Shown piece by piece: positions 53,441-64,000 of a stretch of 64,000 nucleotides of DNA. The number at the start of each line of letters is the position of its first letter. The first letter of the stretch is position 1. The stretch comes from Eledone cirrhosa. Taxonomy: Eukaryota. The stretch lies in assembly GCA_964016885.1 (NCBI GenBank), contig OZ024760.1, forward strand, positions 992,001-1,056,000, written 5' to 3'. The notes beneath the pieces are model-generated. The model searched no databases, was not told where the DNA came from, and saw nothing but the letters and a program-made list of their open reading frames with translations. A program made the position numbers and the translations under genes.

Positions 53441-53609
53441 GTAATTGATCAAAAGAACATCTATTTTATTAATATTTGTATTTTAATATTAATAATTCTG
53501 GAAAATTATTTTCCCGTAGAGTGCTTCCAATCTACTGTAAAACTCATTCTTTAACATTATCATTGAATATTGTTTAACAATTTAATATATATATATATAT
53601 ATATAAATA

Positions 53610-54057
53610 TATCCAGGGGGTGTAACTTGGAGTTACTGCAGGTTCACCCGGGAGAGCACTCGATGTTTAGGTTCACTTGTGTGATGAGGTGTAGAGCTAT
53701 ACAGAGTGTAATATATTGAAAGGATAACAAGGACGATTGGTTACTCCTTCATTGCATTTATTGGTAGGTGACACGTGTTTCGCCCCTGAGCAGCTCAAGG
53801 TTCGATCTGTATCGATCCTACCCGACTCAATAATCAACGGCTCGACGGACCCTTTAAAATGCTATAAGAAAATGAAATACATGCTATGAAATTCTGGCTT
53901 TACCACATAGCATGTATTTCATTTTCTTATAGCATTTTAAAGGGTCCGTCGAGCCGCCGATTATTGAGTTGGGTAGGATCGATGCTGATCAGTGGCAAAA
54001 CAAGCGTCACCTACCAATAAATGCAATGAAGGAGTAACCAATCGTCCTTGTTATCCT
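53610..54057. mobile_element. pLTR-like repeat with fold-back (53721-54057) and long-stem-II hammerhead at 53766-53852 (-)
   Basis: Inverted arms around ~53889-53905; GAAAC-ACGT-GTC; inverted homolog at 55073-55320. Confidence 0.8.
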
Positions 54058-54537
54058 GTCTATATATATTCATAATTCCTCTGTACTTTGAAAGTTTGAT
54101 GCTTTACATAAAATATCTATATATATGTATTTATATATGGTCCCTAAACTCCTTAGAGTTGTAGGGGCACTGTATTGACATATGGCATTGGGCATTTTAA
54201 GCCTGGGCAGAGCCCATCCCTCTCCAGGCCTGAATACAGCAGATTTCTTCCAGAATTAGGCAGAATCGACCCCAGTATTAGACTGGTACTTTTTTTATTG
54301 ACCTTGAACAGATGAAATGCAAAGTTGACCTCCCTGGGATTTGAACTCAGTGACCAGAGAGTCAAAACAAATACCATAAAGTATTCTATCCGACATTCTA
54401 ACGACTCATCGCTTATATACAATATATACAGGTAGATATATTCATTGATGTATGCATATATGTGCCTGTGTGTGTATGTGTGTATATATACATATATATA
54501 TATATATATAGAAGTATGCACACGTACACACATATAT

Positions 54538-54570
<33 letters not shown>

Positions 54571-54687
54571 CTTATATACACATATACATATGTATGGGTT
54601 ATATCGAACATTAATAATAATGTTCTATTCATTTGTAAACAAACAGCCTGATTTGAAGGTGTTTGTTCAGCACTGGCTTTGAGGAAC

Positions 54688-54726
54688 AATCAACATGTTT
54701 CTGGGTCATTACCCTTCATCAGGACT
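54688..54726 (-). ncRNA. Minimal type I hammerhead ribozyme
   Basis: AGTC-CTGATGA-A-GGGT aatg ACCC-A-GAAA-CATG-TT-GATT. Confidence 0.78.
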
Positions 54727-54873
54727 CTATATCTCTGCCAGTCTGTTAAACGGTTGAAAGTATATATTTTGTTAAGTACACATCAGCTGAGTAGCCTCAT
54801 TTGCATACCGAGCGAGCTACGACTGGCTTTGCCGAATATTAAAAATAAAATTAGAATTTTATTTCTTGCCCTA

Positions 54874-54925
<52 letters not shown>

Positions 54926-55074
54926 CAACTTATCACCACACCCACCCACGTACACTACAGGTAAAATCATCCCTAGGAATTAATCCACCAGTCAATACAA
55001 ACTTTACTGACCACCATAGGCGCATCTGACTTTATCATACGGCATGTATATACATTTTTCCATTACCACTACAA

Positions 55075-55160
55075 GGGTCTGACGAGCCGTGGATTACAGA
55101 GTCGGGTCAGATCAATACAGATCGAACCTTGAGCTGATCAGTGACGAAACGCGCGCCACC
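55075..55160 (+). ncRNA. Hammerhead with ~60-nt stem II domain
   Basis: GGGT-CTGACGA-GCC..GAC-GAAAC-GCGC-GCC-ACC; cleavage triplet mutated. Confidence 0.6.
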
Positions 55161-55334
55161 AATCAATAAACGTAATGAAGGAGTAACCAATCGTCCTTGT
55201 TATTTTATTTCACTATAATACACTCTGTCGAGCTCTACACCTCAACTCTGAAGTGAACCTAAACATCGAGTGCTCACCCGGATGAACCTACAGTAACTCC
55301 AAGTTACACTCTCTGGATATATATATATATATAT

Positions 55335-55890
55335 AGGACTAATTTTATTCATATGTAACCCATGTGCAACCACGCAGCACTCCATTTTTCTCATATTTAT
55401 ATTTTTTTTCATCAGCTGCGATTGTCTGTTTCTTTCTTACTCTCTCTCCTCTTTTTACCCCCTCTGCCAGTCACACACTCTCTCGGCAGGTCTCTTCCTC
55501 ACACTTCCACTCACTCACTCTCTGCTTCTCCCCCTCTCTCACTTCCTCCCGTTTGACCTGTGTGAAATCCTCTTCTCGCTCACATCTAACCCAAGTCGGA
55601 TGGTCTGTATCTCTCGTCCATGAATTCACCAAGCTTAAGCTTACAGATATCATGTGCTTGTCTCTTCCTATCTTTCCGTTGCCATACCATCGTTGTTTGT
55701 TTACATGTCTCGCTCGTTTCACCCTATTTCACTTGTCCCAATAACTTTATTTGTTATTGCTCGCACCAACCAGAGGTATATGATTTTTAAGCGATAAAAT
55801 ACCAATGAAAGTTGGAAGATCACTGATGAAGGACTAATTTTATTCATATGTAACCCATGTGCAACCACGCAGCGCTCCATTTTTCTCATA
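55335..55890 (+). mobile_element. Non-coding unit with ~60-bp terminal direct repeats (period 495 bp) in (TA)n
   Basis: GGACTAATTTTATTCATATGTAACCC.. at 55336 and 55831; CTGATGAAGGAC half-hammerhead at 55823. Confidence 0.65.
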
Positions 55891-56164
55891 TATATATATA
55901 TATATATATATAAATATAAGAAAAAATTAATGAAACGACAAGACAATGAACAGGAACGAAACAAAATGAAAAACAATTTTTCAAGGGGAAACCTTAAACA
56001 AATATTTTATTAAAATAAATATACAAATGAAGGACACAGAACTCCATGGTCATCTCTGTTTTGGCCCCTAACAACAATACTGCTGGTCCATCTGGGGTCA
56101 CAGTGCCTGGCATAAGCCAAACACTGTCCAATGGAATAAGAGCTGAGAGACAAAACATTCATTC

Positions 56165-56230
<66 letters not shown>

Positions 56231-56444
56231 TTATATTCATATATATAATGTATATATATATATATACATATATATATGTATTTATATTCATATATATGCA
56301 TATTCATATATTAATATATGTATATTCATATAAATGTATGTATATTCATATATGTCTATATATATTCATATATATGTTTATTCATATACATATGTATGTT
56401 TATGTATATCTATCTATATATATATATATATATAGATAGATATA

Positions 56445-56997
56445 CAAAATTAAGATAAATCAAAATGAATTTAATCTAAATCAAAATTATGGGTGTCATG
56501 CCAGAAAGACATGCGCCATATCACCCGCAAAATAAGCTCTAAGATTCTAACGAGGAGGTCCGAGCATTTTATAATAACTAGAAATTGATTAACATATAAA
56601 TAAACATGAATAATCAAAAGAGATAATTGTTACAAGTGTGTAAGCACACATAGCTAGGTAGGTAACTAAATAAAGTTGACCAGAACTTCAAAAATAGATA
56701 CCTTATAATATGATTAATCTTCCCTGTATATATTCCATTAAAGAAATATATTTCACCAATTAATCGAATGGTAAACCATGGAGGCCGGTACTTGGATTTT
56801 CAACAAGGAAGAAGTCCAGCGATCTATGTTTACACTTCAAGTTCAAATCAGCGACTGGCCAGCAACACGTGCCGTATCTACTAGAAATACACATCATACC
56901 AGCTTCGTCACAGTGGCGTGGATAGCGTTATCGACAACTAGAAACAGCAGTCAAGTCCTTTCAACAGAGTTAGCTCTACAATTAAGGAGCCGTATTT
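56445..56997 (+). other. Distant member (C) of the structured non-coding family
   Basis: GCTC-TAA-GATTC..GAGC, TGGATAGCGTTATCGACA and GCAGTCAA in the family order; TA flanks. Confidence 0.55.
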
Positions 56998-57011
56998 ATA
57001 TATCTATATAT

Positions 57012-58423
57012 ATATATTAGAAAGATCGAGTATCGAAAAATCGGCGCACGAGTTAACGAAAAACGAAATCCGATATGAGCGGCAGAGGGCTCAATAATTC
57101 AGATGAATCAGAGCTATAACTATCGTTAAAATACCGTCACATATAGAACAAGTCTACAATCAACCATACGATTTAAAATCGATAAAGGAAGATTCGGGCC
57201 AAACAGATAAAAAATATCAAAAAAACAATACGTCAATAATTTAAATGAATGTAAAATCATACCCGGACCCACTAGAAAGGTGTTAAATCTAGCTTCATGG
57301 GTTTCTGTAAATCCTTAGACAGTACTCTATCAGCTCACATATAAATATAAAAGCCTACTAGAATAAGTGGAATGGAGTTTACGTTGTCAACGAGTTTTAT
57401 CCTGGCGGCAAAGGAGTCAACTAGCGGTGAAAAACGCACATGGCATTAGACAAGGGAGATGACCCCTATATCCGCGAAAATAATTCGAGTGAATGTGGAA
57501 ATACACATATCGAATTAGAGTGCTCAATAGACATGTTAAAATAAAACAAAAGCTATTCATCACTCAATAGAATCGACAAAATATGAGCAATAAAATTAAC
57601 TGGTGGATAGCTATGTCCAGAGCTAAATATATTAGAAAGATCGAGTATCGAAAAATCGGCGCACGAGTTAACGAAAAACGAAATCCGATATGAGCGGCAG
57701 AGGGCTCAATAATTCAGATGAATCAGAGCTATAACTATCGTTAAAATACCGTCACATATAGAACAAGTCTACAATCAACCATACGATTTAAAATCGATAA
57801 AGGAAGATTCGGGCCAAACAGATAAAAAATATCAAAAAAACAATACGTCAATAATTTAAATGAATGTAAAATCATACCCGGACCCACTAGAAAGGTGTTA
57901 AATCTAGCTTCATGGGTTTCTGTAAATCCTTAGACAGTACTCTATCAGCTCACATATAAATATAAAAGCCTACTAGAATAAGTGGAATGGAGTTTACGTT
58001 GTCAACGAGTTTTATCCTGGCGGCAAAGGAGTCAACTAGCGGTGAAAAACGCACATGGCATTAGACAAGGGAGATGACCCCTATATCCGCGAAAATAATT
58101 CGAGTGAATGTGGAAATACACATATCGAATTAGAGTGCTCAATAGACATGTTAAAATAAAACAAAAGCTATTCATCACTCAATAGAATCGACAAAATATG
58201 AGCAATAAAATTAACTGGTGGATAGCTATGTCCAGAGCTAAATATATTAGAAAGATCGAGTATCGAAAAATCGGCGCACGAGTTAACGAAAAACGAAATC
58301 CGATATGAGCGGCAGAGGGCTCAATAATTCAGATGAATCAGAGCTATAACTATCGTTAAAATACCGTCACATATAGAACAAGTCTACAATCAACCATACG
58401 ATTTAAAATCGATAAAGGAAGAT
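57012..58423 (+). repeat. 2.3 head-to-tail copies of a 615-bp non-coding structured unit (member D)
   Basis: AAAGATCGAG at 57021, 57636 and 58251; copies identical by eye; (TA)n on both sides. Confidence 0.95.
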
Positions 58424-58510
58424 ATATCTATATATATGTATATATATATGTATATATATCTATATGTATATATATCTATATATATGTATATATATCTATA
58501 TATATGTATA

Positions 58511-58560
<50 letters not shown>

Positions 58561-58561
58561 T

Positions 58562-63599
<5,038 letters not shown>

Positions 63600-63601
<2 letters not shown>

Positions 63602-63801
63602 TAATAAGAAGAATTCCAACTTTGTCTGATTTACTCATTTTATTTACAATCCTTTAAAATATATATAATGGTATTATAATGAAATAGTATGATAGAATAT
63701 TAAATTCTAAGTGTTAATTGAACAAGTACTTTCATGCTTTCGCAATCTTCAGGTTCATAATGTGTGGTGACAGTCAAGTTTGCAATTTTCAACTGTTGAA
63801 A
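63600..63801 (-). mobile_element. Single arm of the 33-kb pLTR-like repeat with hammerhead at 63719-63757
   Basis: Collinear with 33020-33221. Confidence 0.88.
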
Positions 63802-64000
63802 CAGTGTGGGTCTGGGAGGTTTTTACCGTGTTGCCTACACGGCCACATTACAGCGTGGACTGTGTGTTTTTTTGTCGTGACACCTACACGATCTCATTTG
63901 TTTCGGCCTGGATGGCGCGGCACCAACATAACTTTACATAGAACGGGGTGGTGTGGATGGGGTGGGGGTTGTGGTGGTGGGACGTGGTGTATTTTGTTAG
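63802..64000 (-). mobile_element. RTE 3'UTR fragment running off the window
   Basis: Collinear with 36433-36628. Confidence 0.85.

Larger units (their letters stand above)
53170..53491. mobile_element. 322-bp loop-less palindrome of a hammerhead-bearing pLTR-like repeat
   Basis: Centre GGTAGT|ACTACC at 53330/53331. Confidence 0.92.

Noticed and set aside
56986-56997. GAGCCGTAT resembling the start of group II intron domain V
   Set aside because: No closing strand follows, and it is not present in the other members.
57262-57336. Minus-strand hammerhead-like pattern CTGATAGA..GAAACCCA..TGGGTC in the 615-bp unit
   Set aside because: The core has an extra base, stem I does not form, and the CTGA part is not conserved in members A or B.
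57012-57626. Endless ORF on a circle (615 is divisible by 3)
   Set aside because: Stop codons occur in all six frames within the first 100 nt.

Overview
This is a eukaryotic, very microsatellite-rich window with no recognisable host gene. Its composition and repeat families resemble a coleoid cephalopod (octopus-type) genome, which is an inference. Almost all ORFs in the supplied track are translations of (TA)n, (CA)n or (GGT)n repeats. The supportable content is mobile DNA: a Penelope-like element (PLE) with RT and C-terminal GIY-YIG endonuclease plus truncated copies; more than 15 minimal type I hammerhead ribozyme motifs from several non-coding pLTR-like families, many inside fold-back palindromes; RTE-type LINE fragments; two tRNA-derived SINE families; a head-to-head pair of non-autonomous Helitrons; a DD37D Tc1/mariner element; MITEs; and minisatellites. 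The most interesting unexplained signal is a family of ~600-nt non-coding, A-rich, hairpin-dense elements at four loci (19.7, 44.9, 56.4 and 57.0 kb). They share ordered short motifs with covarying helices, sit in (TA)n/(CA)n tracts and contain no ribozyme I can recognise. One occurs as an apparently perfect 2.3-mer of a 615-bp unit. This is a candidate new retrozyme-like or circular structured-RNA element. All alignments and pairings were done by eye.
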